A stretch of 64,000 bases of DNA from a virus (IMGVR_UViG_3300008740_000001:32001-96000), one strand, 5' to 3'. Positions 18,827 through 30,200 are shown, numbered from the stretch's first letter. Numbers and translations are program-made. The notes: generated by a model not told the origin, from the sequence alone.

Positions 18827-19660
18827 ATGAAAACTGCACTAATTATCCCGGGCCACATAAGAAATATAGACCAGACAATAGATAATCAAAAGTCAAAACT
18901 GATTAAGCCCAACGATTGTGATATTTTCGTGTATACATCAACCATGAATACTCAACGCTGGACCATCCACACTCAGGATCGCAGATACTATCATGCTCCG
19001 AAGGGCGAAATTCACCATAGCAACAGGTATTTGAAACAAAGCGCCGGCACTGTGGGTTCTATTTATCTTCTAGATAAAGAATATGTTGCAGATGTGTTAA
19101 GAAGGAATTATGGTGAAAGATTGAAAGGCTATGTCATAGAAGAAGAAATTCCAAATGACGCCAGCAGAGAACTGGATCACTTGAAATGGGAATTTCACAG
19201 AGTTAGACAATTTAAAAAAGCATACGAATGCAACAAATTAATGCATGAGCACGAAGAAGAGCATGGGTTTAAATATGATTTTGTCATCCGCGCCCGCACG
19301 GATATCACATTAGACCAAACAATCACTCCGGTTGATTACGCCAGTGCTTATATCAGTGAATATTCACGGGAAGAATACGAAAAGTCTGTATTTCTCTTTG
19401 GAGGCTGGCCCGATCCCACCGGAAGAAGCAAATCTGGTAGGGGGTTGTTTGATGGATTTGCTTTCGGCCACCCCACAGCGATGGATGTTTATTTTGATGT
19501 TTATAATACCAAAAAGATATACGAAAACAGTGGCCACCCAACGGATCTTGAACATCCCGCTAACCAGCTAGAACAACATATAGAAGAAAATAATGTGGAA
19601 CTGGTTTATCTTAAAGGCTGGACAGGGAAGCATAATCGGGGATATAAACTTACTAGGTGA
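18827..19660 (+). CDS. Hypothetical protein, possible glycosyltransferase
   Basis: KTALIIPGHIRN and FKYDFVIRARTD...FDGFAFG resemble uncharacterised viral GT-like proteins. Located within the glycan cluster. Confidence 0.4.
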   Translation: MKTALIIPGHIRNIDQTIDNQKSKLIKPNDCDIFVYTSTMNTQRWTIHTQDRRYYHAPKGEIHHSNRYLKQSAGTVGSIYLLDKEYVADVLRRNYGERLKGYVIEEEIPNDASRELDHLKWEFHRVRQFKKAYECNKLMHEHEEEHGFKYDFVIRARTDITLDQTITPVDYASAYISEYSREEYEKSVFLFGGWPDPTGRSKSGRGLFDGFAFGHPTAMDVYFDVYNTKKIYENSGHPTDLEHPANQLEQHIEENNVELVYLKGWTGKHNRGYKLTR

Positions 19661-19669
19661 AAATAACAA

Positions 19670-19990
19670 ATGATTGTATACATTGACATAGACGAAACAA
19701 TAGCAGACACACCAGCAGATAGGAATTACAGCCTATCGACACCAATTAGAGAAAATATTGAAAAAGCCAACAGATACTACGAAGATGGCCACACTGTTGT
19801 TTATTGGACAGCACGAGGCAGCGGCAGTGGAATTGATTGGTATGAGATAACCAGAGATCAACTTCAGTCATGGGGCGTCAAATACCATGAACTCAAGTTG
19901 GGAAAACCAATTTATGATTTATTCATTGATGATAAAGCAATGAACCCAGCAGAATGGGAAAACAAAGGAGAAAAAAATGAATCAGAATGA
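19670..19990 (+). CDS. Small capless HAD phosphatase (capsule-biosynthesis type)
   Basis: YIDIDETI (DxD), YWTARG, LGKP and FIDDK motifs. Confidence 0.8.
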   Translation: MIVYIDIDETIADTPADRNYSLSTPIRENIEKANRYYEDGHTVVYWTARGSGSGIDWYEITRDQLQSWGVKYHELKLGKPIYDLFIDDKAMNPAEWENKGEKNESE

Positions 19991-20207
19991 AACAGAGAAA
20001 AATATGCACTTATCCGAACAGGCAATGGGTGCAGTTATGATGGCTTTACAAAAGAGTCTTTTGGAACAATCGGACATAGTGCCGGTTCTCAAGCAAATGA
20101 AGTTCAGGCTTTCTGAGCAGGGGCTGATTGTGATGAACCCACCGATTGTACATGCGAACTCTCCTGCTGTCGAAACGACCGAAGTCGATACAGCGACATT
20201 TGAATAA
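19977..20207 (+). CDS. Hypothetical protein
   Basis: 76-aa ORF with RBS (aaggaga) and coupled stop/start with its neighbours. Confidence 0.6.
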   Translation: MNQNETEKNMHLSEQAMGAVMMALQKSLLEQSDIVPVLKQMKFRLSEQGLIVMNPPIVHANSPAVETTEVDTATFE

Positions 20208-20470
20208 TGCCGAGGTATTCGTATTATTGTGAAATTTGCAGAGAGGCCTCAGATGTATTTCATTTAATTGGCGAATCTGTCGAACACTGCCCAATATGTG
20301 ACGTGACAGGCAGCTTATCCAAAATGGTTTCAACGCCGACTATAAATTCGAAAGCTGCTGTCCAAAACACTTCGGTTAAAGAGAGGGTAGTTAAACATAT
20401 TGATGATGCTAAGAGAGATTTAAAACTACAATTAGAAGAATTAAAAAACGAGGATTTAATTAACGAATGA
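20207..20470 (+). CDS. FmdB-like zinc-ribbon protein
   Basis: MPRYSYYCEIC...CPIC (two CxxC). Confidence 0.75.
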   Translation: MPRYSYYCEICREASDVFHLIGESVEHCPICDVTGSLSKMVSTPTINSKAAVQNTSVKERVVKHIDDAKRDLKLQLEELKNEDLINE

Positions 20471-20841
20471 CAATTGCAACAAATTTAATAATTGTATTGA
20501 CAATTATTTTTACAATATCCGCACTTTTAAACGCAGTGCTGATTTGGTACACGAGGGTATCAATACAAAAGTTTTCATTTATTTCAGAGAACATACAAGA
20601 CTTAAAAGATTCCATAGCACATTATGAGAATCACTTAAAATCAGTATACGAAATGGAGATGTTTTATGGAGACGAAACCTTAAAGAGCCTAATCGAACAC
20701 ACCCGAGCTTTGAGCGGGTCGATGTCTCTCTATGATGACTTTTATGATCTTTTTGGAATCGAAGTATTGGAGGAAGAAATCGAGGAAGAAGAAATCGAGG
20801 AGGAACTAGCAGATGACGAAGCGCAGACGCAGGCGATCTAG
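20467..20841 (+). CDS. Small membrane-anchored coiled-coil protein with acidic tail
   Basis: N-terminal hydrophobic helix (LIIVLTIIFTISALLNAVLIWY) and a Glu-rich C-terminus. Confidence 0.6.
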   Translation: MTIATNLIIVLTIIFTISALLNAVLIWYTRVSIQKFSFISENIQDLKDSIAHYENHLKSVYEMEMFYGDETLKSLIEHTRALSGSMSLYDDFYDLFGIEVLEEEIEEEEIEEELADDEAQTQAI

Positions 20842-21517
20842 GGGTGGCTCTGGAAAGCAATATTTCACAAAAGATCACGAAGATGCGATAATCAAATACG
20901 TTGCTACGACGGATATCCGCGAGCGCACATATTTATATGAAAAATGGATCGGTCCTGCTTTTAACGAGATGGTCGATAAAATTTGCTACACATATAACTT
21001 TACTAATCTGTCAAATGTAGCTGAGTTGAGAGAAGAGTGTAAGGTGTGGTTAACTACAATTCTTGACAAGTACGATCCCAGCAAGGGCTCTAAGGCCTTT
21101 TCTTATTTTTCGGTGATCACAAAAAACTGGTTTATTCACAAAGTAAAGAGGCAACAAAAACAGCTTTGCCGTGAACAAGATATCGAGTCGATTTCTAATC
21201 AAACTCATCTCGATCACATGTCGACAGAAAACAAGTATTTGCCGGAGAGGATGGAGAGGGAATTCTGGATGCTTTTATGGAAAGAGATGGAGTCGTGGGA
21301 TACAGAAACCATGAAAGAGAATGAAAGAAAGGTTTATGAAGCGATAAAGATTTTGTTATCAAATCCAGATGATATAGAAATTTTTAACAAAAAAGCTATT
21401 TATTTATACTTGAGGGAAATTACTGGTCTGAATACAAAACAGGTCGTCAACAATCTCAATAAAATGCGCAAGCGATATCGGACCTTTAAAGATAAGTGGA
21501 ATGGTGGAGAGTTATGA
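20813..21517 (+). CDS. Phage sigma factor (T4 gp55-like, putative late transcription)
   Basis: KYDPSKGSKAFSYFSVITKNWFI resembles sigma region 2.3/2.4. KQYFTKDHEDAII resembles gp55-type N-termini. Lies directly upstream of the structural module. Confidence 0.65.
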   Translation: MTKRRRRRSRGGSGKQYFTKDHEDAIIKYVATTDIRERTYLYEKWIGPAFNEMVDKICYTYNFTNLSNVAELREECKVWLTTILDKYDPSKGSKAFSYFSVITKNWFIHKVKRQQKQLCREQDIESISNQTHLDHMSTENKYLPERMEREFWMLLWKEMESWDTETMKENERKVYEAIKILLSNPDDIEIFNKKAIYLYLREITGLNTKQVVNNLNKMRKRYRTFKDKWNGGEL

Positions 21518-21798
21518 AACTAGATGACTACATTACTGAAGTAATTGATAACATCCGCGAAGATCGAGAAGTTACTAAAGAACTTCTAAACGACGCGATC
21601 AATTATATGAGCAATAAGACCGACGCTCACGAGTCAGTTGGTCAAATTGCGGCAAAGTATGTAGAAACGCTCCAGCGTTCAAACGAGCAACTGGTGAAGA
21701 TCACTGGATTGCTGCACAAACGAGAGCAGGGCACCGAAGGGCTGACCGAAGAAGATAAGAAAGCCGTGTTCGATATGATCAGCGCGGGAGAGGTATAA
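21514..21798 (+). CDS. Hypothetical helical protein
   Basis: ATG 21514 (ATGA overlap, RBS ggag). 94 aa. Confidence 0.6.
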   Translation: MKLDDYITEVIDNIREDREVTKELLNDAINYMSNKTDAHESVGQIAAKYVETLQRSNEQLVKITGLLHKREQGTEGLTEEDKKAVFDMISAGEV

Positions 21799-23201
21799 TG
21801 ACAACAGAAGATCGATATTTACCCGGCACTCTAAACCCCGAGGCTATGAAGATCTCGGCGGATCATTATGAATTTCCAGCTTCTACAGATAATACAGACT
21901 TCTTTCCAAGGTTTCACGAATCGATCCTCAAGGGGGCAGCCCCTGACAGTTTTAAAGGCGTTAGTAGATATAAGGGCATGGTGATTTCCCAGCCAACCAA
22001 GGAAGTGGTAGGCGGAGGCTGGTTTAAAAAAGGAAAGCCCAGATATAGTTTCAGAGTGAGAATTCCAGAACTACACAGTGCTATACAGGATCCTTGCTCT
22101 ATTGCTCCCGATGGAGGTACTGGTGCAAACCTTGAAGACTCGCAGAGAAAGCTTGTGTGTATGCACCCGATGGCCATTACCGCAAACGATAATGAGAATG
22201 GTGATACTTTGCCGGAACCTAGCTTGGGCGATATAGTCTGGATTGAGTTCGAAAAAGGGCCCTCTGGGGGCCGCATGGGCTCACCAATTTATGTTGGCCG
22301 TTTTAGTAAAGGTGCCGGCACAAACGGCCTAAGTGATGCGTGTTCTTCTTTAGCAAACCTTAATTGGGACGGCTCTACGCTTGGTGGAAACGGCTATGCG
22401 CCTGCCGGCGGCTACCCCGGGGATCCATCTTCGTGGCCAGTTAGTGAAGGCGCACAGCATATAACAGACGAAGCGGCGGAAGATCTGCACGAAGTGGCCA
22501 GAACTTATTACGAAGAACACGGGTTTGATTGGCGTACTAATCCGTCAGAGCTTAACATTATGGGAATGAGAAACACAAACACACAAACAAACAACTCTTT
22601 CGATGATAAGATGATATGCATGTATACTGATGACGCCGGCGCTCAATATGTAGACGTGTGGCCCTGCACCACCCGCCCGGGCCGGTCTTCTATGACTGGT
22701 GCCGGAGGCTATGGGATTGCGATTTTGATTCCGTCTGCGGCCCAGTATCATTCGGATGATCCGTCATTACATCCCGACAGCAGAAAGATCCCAAGCGCCG
22801 GCCAAAAGTCATATGATCTTGGCCGAGGCGGGTCGAACAAAGAAGAAAGAGGCCGGCCAGATCGATCCGATCCGGGTCAGGCATATCGTGATAGCAACAA
22901 TGATGATGTGTTCAACTATGATCCCAACACAATTGGAGGGTGCATTCAATGTCAGCTTCATGATACATCTCCGGGCAGATCGATGAGCAAAGGGGTTGAC
23001 GGCTACTCAGAGGGATGCCAAGTTTGGGGCCAATACGAGGATTTTCAGTTTTTCTTGTCTCTATGGAAGAAGCAGATAGCTGTAGGGGTGTCTGATCTTG
23101 ATTACGTTCTTATCAACGCAGAAGACTTGAGCGAGTTGTGGAGCACAACGACATCTTCAACGGCCACTGACGAGCCACAAGCAGGAGATCCGGTAGAGTA
23201 A
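21798..23201 (+). CDS. gp5/VgrG-like OB-fold baseplate protein fused to a YkuD/L,D-transpeptidase-like domain
   Basis: N-terminal RYSFRVRIPELH...PSLGDIVWIEFEKG (OB fold). C-terminal HDTSPGRSMSKGVDGYSEGC fits HX15-S-x-G-C. Confidence 0.55.
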   Translation: MTTEDRYLPGTLNPEAMKISADHYEFPASTDNTDFFPRFHESILKGAAPDSFKGVSRYKGMVISQPTKEVVGGGWFKKGKPRYSFRVRIPELHSAIQDPCSIAPDGGTGANLEDSQRKLVCMHPMAITANDNENGDTLPEPSLGDIVWIEFEKGPSGGRMGSPIYVGRFSKGAGTNGLSDACSSLANLNWDGSTLGGNGYAPAGGYPGDPSSWPVSEGAQHITDEAAEDLHEVARTYYEEHGFDWRTNPSELNIMGMRNTNTQTNNSFDDKMICMYTDDAGAQYVDVWPCTTRPGRSSMTGAGGYGIAILIPSAAQYHSDDPSLHPDSRKIPSAGQKSYDLGRGGSNKEERGRPDRSDPGQAYRDSNNDDVFNYDPNTIGGCIQCQLHDTSPGRSMSKGVDGYSEGCQVWGQYEDFQFFLSLWKKQIAVGVSDLDYVLINAEDLSELWSTTTSSTATDEPQAGDPVE

Positions 23202-23212
23202 TGAGGAATTAA

Positions 23213-24265
23213 ATGGGACTTTGGAGCAAAGGCCGCGATAAAGGTCGTGAACAAAAAAACATAGACCCCGAAAAGGCAAAAAAGCTAGAAGAGATTAAGT
23301 CGGGCGAAGGCTCCTTTACAGAGGAGGGCGCCCAAGCACGTAAGCGAGTTGTAGGCGGCATTGGTTGTGACACAATCATCGAGCCCGTGCCAGAATTCGA
23401 CCGTGCACCCTGTGAGACGGTGATGCACGGAGAGAACAATCAATGGATTGTTTTAGGCAGAGATCGTCCTGCGAACCGCGCTAGCGGTTATGGTGGAGCC
23501 GGCCATACTCACTGCGGAATGGTTGATATTGTTGTTGGTAGGGCATCTAGTAAGAATAACGGTCTTAAGGCCGCCGGCCCAAGTGACGAAGATGTTGTAG
23601 GAAACAACTGGTTCAACGACGCAGCTAGAATTTATATTAGTGCTAAGACTGATATTGATAAGAACTTGGGCCTCTCTCGTGGCACCTTGGGGAATAAGAA
23701 GGCGCAGTCTGGCATCGCGCTTAAAGCGGATCAGGTCCGCATCGTTGGTCGCGGCGGAATCAAGATTGTAACAGGAAAGGCTCAAAATGTTAAGGTTGGT
23801 GCCGGCGGAGAAAAGCTTTCTAATGGGGCCAAGGAAATTACACCATCCCCTATCATTGAGCTTATTGCGGGAAATCAAGACGGCTCTTCAAGACACTTCT
23901 CTATCGACAAAGGCTTTTTTACAGTTAACAATGTCCAACCGGCCGTTTTAGGAGAAAATTTGATAGAAGCCATGACCGAACTGATTGATTTAGTAAATCA
24001 GCTTCAGGGCGCCGTTACAAATTTTGCAACTCAGCAGACTATTTTTAACGGCGTGGCGGCTGTACATACTCATCCAGTTGTTCTGGCGTATACAACACCT
24101 TCTCCCGAGATGGCATCGACGGGTATCAACAATCTAATCAAAATGGCGACAGATGTCCATATACCTCTCTTTTCACAAAAGGTTAACACTATGTTATATG
24201 AAATGAACTATTTACAGCCATTCGGAATGAACTATATTAATAGCCGGAGCGTTAGGATCACCTAG
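23213..24265 (+). CDS. Putative baseplate central spike (beta-helix with HxH tip)
   Basis: Repeating short beta strands (ARIYISAK, SGIALKADQVRIVGRGGIKIVTG) and a C-terminal VHTHP. Follows the OB-fold gene. Confidence 0.55.
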   Translation: MGLWSKGRDKGREQKNIDPEKAKKLEEIKSGEGSFTEEGAQARKRVVGGIGCDTIIEPVPEFDRAPCETVMHGENNQWIVLGRDRPANRASGYGGAGHTHCGMVDIVVGRASSKNNGLKAAGPSDEDVVGNNWFNDAARIYISAKTDIDKNLGLSRGTLGNKKAQSGIALKADQVRIVGRGGIKIVTGKAQNVKVGAGGEKLSNGAKEITPSPIIELIAGNQDGSSRHFSIDKGFFTVNNVQPAVLGENLIEAMTELIDLVNQLQGAVTNFATQQTIFNGVAAVHTHPVVLAYTTPSPEMASTGINNLIKMATDVHIPLFSQKVNTMLYEMNYLQPFGMNYINSRSVRIT

Positions 24266-24273
24266 GAAAAACC

Positions 24274-27200
24274 ATGGCCGAAACAGATACTGAAACTACA
24301 GAAACAGAAGAAACACCTTCTGACGAGACCAGCTATATTGATTATCAGTCAGTGCCCTCGTCCGCCAGCGATTGTGATCTTGTAGAAGAAGAGGTAGTTG
24401 AAGAAGAACAGGATTGCCCAACGTGCACTCCAAACCCGAAAGCTCCTCTGATTGACTGGACCAAGACAACGGACACTACTCCATTCTTGAATGAGAGAAA
24501 GTGCATGTATTCTATTTGCATCCGCACTGATTATGAGGGCACCGGGGGCAACCAGCTTCAGACACGCTTAGACGAATATGTAGAAGAAGGTGTCATCAAA
24601 TTATTGGCGTATTATGACAAGGCGTTAGATGAGAATACTGTTGCGGCCATGGTGAGCATCGCCGGCGCCACTGATCACTTCATCCCGCCAAGACCTAAGC
24701 TTAAAATGAAGGCTCTCATTGAGATCGACGCCAATGAGTTTGATAAGATGCCTTCCTCGACAGATGTTCCGGAAGACAGTACAGTAGATGAAGAGCAGCA
24801 AGACGAAGTAACAATACCAGACATGTCCGCCACGATTAACATCGAAGGTGGCGATGAAAAGTTTAAGAAAATCGTGCATGGCTTCGAGGCGTATGCAAGA
24901 TATCAGGCAATATATTATAAAATCCAGCGAGGAAAAGTAACCTTTCCCGGCGGCCAAATGGTCAATTTGTTACATGAGGCCAAACATCTTAGAAAAGTTT
25001 ATCCGGCTATAAAGAGATTCCTTAGAACAAAAGGTTGGGTCCTCCGCGAACGCCGGGGAATGTCCAAGATAGGTCAAAAGCCCGGGCTGAAGTTGGCAAA
25101 CAAAGTAGAGTTCGGTTTCGATTCAGAATATAAAATTATATCTGTTAAGGTGTATCAACACGGCACTTGCGAGGAATCTCCTGTCGAATATAAGGATATG
25201 AAATTATATGCCTTACAGGGCACATATCCTTTCGACCGACCCACCACCATGGCATTGCTTCCAAATTTAGATGCCATGGAGGACGATTTGACTCGTCGGG
25301 AAGGTATGATGCCATGGACAGAGTTTGTTCAGACATATATTTATCCGACTCCTACGGTTAACGAAGGTGTCGATCTAACAGCAACGACTACCGCTCTTGT
25401 CGCCGCCTCCACTGGTACTGCTACCGATACTGATTTAGAAACATTAACAAAAGCGGCGGTTCAATATAGCGATGAAAACGCCATGGCCGCGAAAACTCCC
25501 GGCTCTTGGGAAGATGCCTCGTCAGATGAACACTATCACGGCGGCGGAGCCATGGCGGATCGCGATTGGAACCCATGGGCCGAAGGCGCCACCGATGGTA
25601 TGACTGCCGAAGAGTACACAACAGCCATGACTGAGTACTACGAGAATACAGTCGATAGCAAAACATTAGATTATGATGAACAAGTAGCAGCATTATGCAA
25701 TGATGACTTCGCCGGCTGGGGAGATGAATTCGTCGACGGGTTTATGGATGAACTGTTCAGCATCTGGGATGCTATTCAGTACCAGTTCCAGAACTATTTG
25801 TGCATGTCTCCTGACGAGCGGGAGCAGTTACTCACGAATCTGCAAGAGATGAACAATCAGGTTGCGGCAGAGGCTTTTGCGGAATACGTCGCTGTTCTAA
25901 TTGGCTTTAGCGAGATGATTGAATCTATGTTTGAGGGCTTGGACGAACTTAAGGATCTTAAAGACCTCTATCCCGGGGCAATGGACAAGATTAAACTTTG
26001 TGGCCTTTTTAATCTGCTTTTGGCATTTGCAGAATGTCTAGTTGCTGGCTTGGACTTCTCAGAGATGTTGGAGCCCATTATTGCTGCTGCCTTATCGAAT
26101 ATGGATCCAAAGAGTTTTGAGAAGCTGTTTGTTGGTCTCCCTCCCGACCGTCAAGCTGCCGTTATGGCCGCAGTCGAGGCAGAGCTTGGTTCCCACGTTA
26201 TGCCATGGGAGGCTTATGAGATGCAAGGCCAGCCTGACCCGGCCGCACATACGGCATACGGCTCAGAACCTCATTCTGGAACGGTAGTGACATGGGGATC
26301 CGGCGGCTTAAATACCGAGAAGGCTGCAGCCAGACAGGATCCTTCTTACATATCACCAAAAGAAATCTCTTTAGCTAGGAAGATGGAAAACATTCTGGGC
26401 GATGACCCCGAATCTGGAGACTACTTCAGACTGATTATGGATCTAGACGGGGACTCTACTTGGAGCACTCTCGCGGAGTCTTTCGGCCTGCAAAATGATC
26501 TGGAAGACGTATATTATGCAGAATCTGGATTTAGTAAATTATCGGCCGATGGGTGGGACTCCCCCGGCTCGGATTATAATCTCATGGTTGGTCATATTAA
26601 TGATTTAATTGAACAAGCCAACAGCACCGGCGTCCAGTATGCAACGACTGTCGACCGCAGCAAAACAATCACTTATACTGCGACTTATCAAGATGCCTTA
26701 ACTGAATACTGTGATGATGCTTTTGCTGATGCTTTTATGGCGACTGATGATGGTGAGATGGGTATGTCTGCCGATGAGTGGAAGGCTGATTGTGCCACGT
26801 CATCCGCCGCAATTGCTTATGCAGAAGCCGCAGCAGAAGCCGCAGACGCAGCACAGGCAGGAGAGGCTACATACGGGTCTGAGGGTCCATACGGCACAAG
26901 AGGCTCCCTCGGCGCCGCAGCAGGTGCAACGGTAACGACCTTGTTGTCTGTATATGCGCAGCAGTTATTAGAATACTATGTTGAACATGGGCTCTTAGAA
27001 GAACTCATGGACGGATTAAACAAGCTCCCCGGCGCCGAAATTGTTGCTAAAATTATTGCGATGTTTGACTGCGTAGTGCCGCCCTTGTTCGACCCCCCAT
27101 TATTCGACTTTTTGAAAACTCTAGAAATCGACTTTTGTAATAACCAATATGGTATTGTACTTCCGAGATTACAGTCTTTGCCGATTCCGAACTTTAAAGA

Positions 27201-30200
27201 TTTCTTCAAATATCTTTTAGAATATGCAAAACAGATCTTACTTTATATATTGTTCCGATTATTGCTTTATATACTTACTAAGATATTATTTATGCTTTTC
27301 GACTCACTATGTAAAGCATTATCAACACTAGGAGAAGCAGCCTCAAATGCTTTGGCCGACGCCGCATGCAATGCTATGTCGAATGCTGGAGGTTTCTTGG
27401 GCGATGTTGCAGAGGAGGCTTCCAAGGATGACATGGAATACAATCCTGAAACTGGATTAGAACAGCCAGTTGAGGGTTCTAGTTTCTGTGAGGATCCGCC
27501 TAGAGACTTTCTCTCGTGTATCAAGGAGGCCTTCTGTGGGCCACAAGCAACAGATGAGCAAGCAACCGACACAATGAACCAGATGATGAGCACATATGGT
27601 GGTATCACTGAAGAGGACGCTGCGCAAATGGCTAATACTGAAGCCGTCAATCAGTTGGTTGCAGACATGTCTTCATGCTTGACTGGCGCCGAGATGACCG
27701 ACTTATTGCTTGGGCGCCCCAACCCTGTTGCGCAGCAAATGATTCAAGAAGTCGTCGCGACAGAAAATCCCGCCTTCGCGTCTGTATTGGGCAGCACTGG
27801 CCAAGTTGGTGATTTGTTTAAGAACATCGGTGATATGATGCCAATGGAGTTCCGGGCCAAACTAAGAGATGAGGTCAGTCCTCAGTCTGGAGAGGAGATG
27901 CCCGCCAATCCATCGTTATGTGTAACTAAGTCAGATGTGGATAGGTTTAGGCAACTAAGACAAACAATTTTGACGAACAAGGAACCTGACGACGGTACCG
28001 GAACCACTGGTACTACACCGGCACAGGCAGACCAACAGTTCGACGCTATGCGCGGTAGGGCTTTGAATGATTTGGCCGAGGTTGCAGATCTGCTGCAGGG
28101 CGGTCCAGAGAGCTTCATTGCCAACAACCTGCCTCCGATCTTAGGAGAGCCAGATGAGAATGGGTGCGTTCCTCCAAACGCTATTCTTCCCCGCGAACCG
28201 GAAGAACTAATGGATCTGCTCAGTTCTTCAAACGAAAAGCTATATGATATTGTCGGCCGGGCATTCAATAGAGATATTATGGGCCGTTATGGCTTTCTCA
28301 ACATGGTCTTGTCAGACACAAACGGAGTTCCGTATACTCGCCACCACCGCAAAGCTCGTCGAAATATCATGTACAGTGACAGCTATGGCGATGCCTTTGA
28401 AATTTTTGGAATTGAGCCAACTGCCGGTGATTCCATCGAAGATTCAGACATTCCTTTCTTCTTAAAACCCCTGTTAGCCAGAGAGCGCGGCTATTATCCA
28501 GAAATAGTTGGACAATATTTAATCGATCATCTTAATAACGAAGAGCATTTGGGCGATGGTTATGAATCAACCACCACCTACGTGGCTGGTTCGACATCCA
28601 CCTATGAATCCCCCGTGGGAACAGTTATAAAATCAGGAGATTATCCGAGAGATGACAAAGGTGCCCTAATGGGTACAGAAGAGAATCCGTTTGTTGAAGA
28701 AGGATCTAAAGATCCAGATTTGACATTGACATTCAAGGATGCAAACAAGGGGCTAAATTTGCCGATGTTGTCAGACGATATGCAGTTTTCAGAAGGATTC
28801 AAACTTGAATATCTCTCTTATATTATTGAAGAAGATGAAGATGGGGTTGCTTCTGCAAATACTGACAATGTGTATCAATTAAATGTAGTAGAGGTTACTA
28901 ATGAGGCGGCCCTTGCTCCAGCAAACATAGCAGAAGCCCAAGCACTAGCGGATCAAAGCGACCACGCACTGGGAGACCTTGGCACCTATGAGGGTACTGA
29001 GGATGAGATCTACTCGTTAACCATATATGGTTCTTTGTCCGAGGAAGCAGAAGAACTGAGATCAGCCTATGATCTTACTCAATTAGATGCATCTCCACAG
29101 GTTAATCTATGGAATCAGTACCTTATTGCACAATACCAAAAGCTTGGTTTAGACGACGAGTCGGCCGCTTTGTTCAATACTTACGCAGCCTTCTATGGCT
29201 CTGGCGCCGGAAATGTTACGCATGATAACATCATGAATACGCTTTTGGGATATATGGGCAAAAACATTGCCGCAAACACGCCAGCCTTTAAATTCGGCTA
29301 CGATGCCTCAACAGATGACGACCTCGACATCACAGACAAAGCATACATGTCCCCAGAAGACTATGAGGGTACCCCGAAGTTGTTCGCACAGTGGGTGGTA
29401 GAAGATCTTGTGCCATCACTCGGCCCGGATTATGTGCGCGAATCCAACGGCAAGCCTCGCTGGCGAAAAGTTAAGAAATATATCAAAGAAAACCAAATTA
29501 TGGGTACATCAAACCACTCACGCTTGGAATTTTTGAACCCATCAGAGTTTGGTGGGAGTTGGATGGCACCGCCATTCTATATCGAGCCTCCGGTGTATGA
29601 AGGTTGGTTGGGCATTCGAGATGCATTGATCCCCGAAGTAGATGGAAAGGATCCGAAGCGAGTTCCTGTGTGTAATTTCGAAGATATTAAAGATCGCGTA
29701 GATGAATTGACAAAGAAAATGCCAGATGATCCTCGCTTATCAGAATGCCCCGATTGTGTTGTAGAGTTACCTTATTCTAGAATTCTCGACCGTGCTGCAG
29801 CTTCTGGTATGGAAGGTCCGATTTTAGCCATGATTCGAGTTTACGTCTTGGAAGAAATGCTGAAAGCCATGCCTGTATTTTCTAATTTTAAAGCAGTAAT
29901 TCCTGAAGTAATGGACTATACGTATGTTGAATACATCATTGCTAAGATGAAAGAAGACTTTGTTGAAAATCTAGGTCGAAAACGTGGGTTCCTGAAGGGT
30001 GACGCACTATGGTACACCTTCTTGGAGCAGTGCGTACAGTCATATGCCAGACAAATTCAGCTAGACGGAAGAGAGCCTTCCTATGATGTTCAAGAGGCCA
30101 TGGATAAGCTGAATGCACTCCAGAAAGACTTTCATTATCCAAGCGAAGAGGATCTCTATACTGCTAAGCGAAAGGCTGGTGAGAATCCATGGGAGAGCTA

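Noticed and set aside
2-19990. Cellular LPS/capsule locus (bacterial chromosome origin)
   Set aside because: No transporters, polymerase or housekeeping genes are present, and the cluster is contiguous with gp25/gp6 baseplate genes, a phage sigma, RuvC-like and primase genes.
20770-20800. gaagaaatcgag short tandem repeat
   Set aside because: Simply encodes the Glu-rich tail (EEEIEEEEIEEE) of a small membrane protein.
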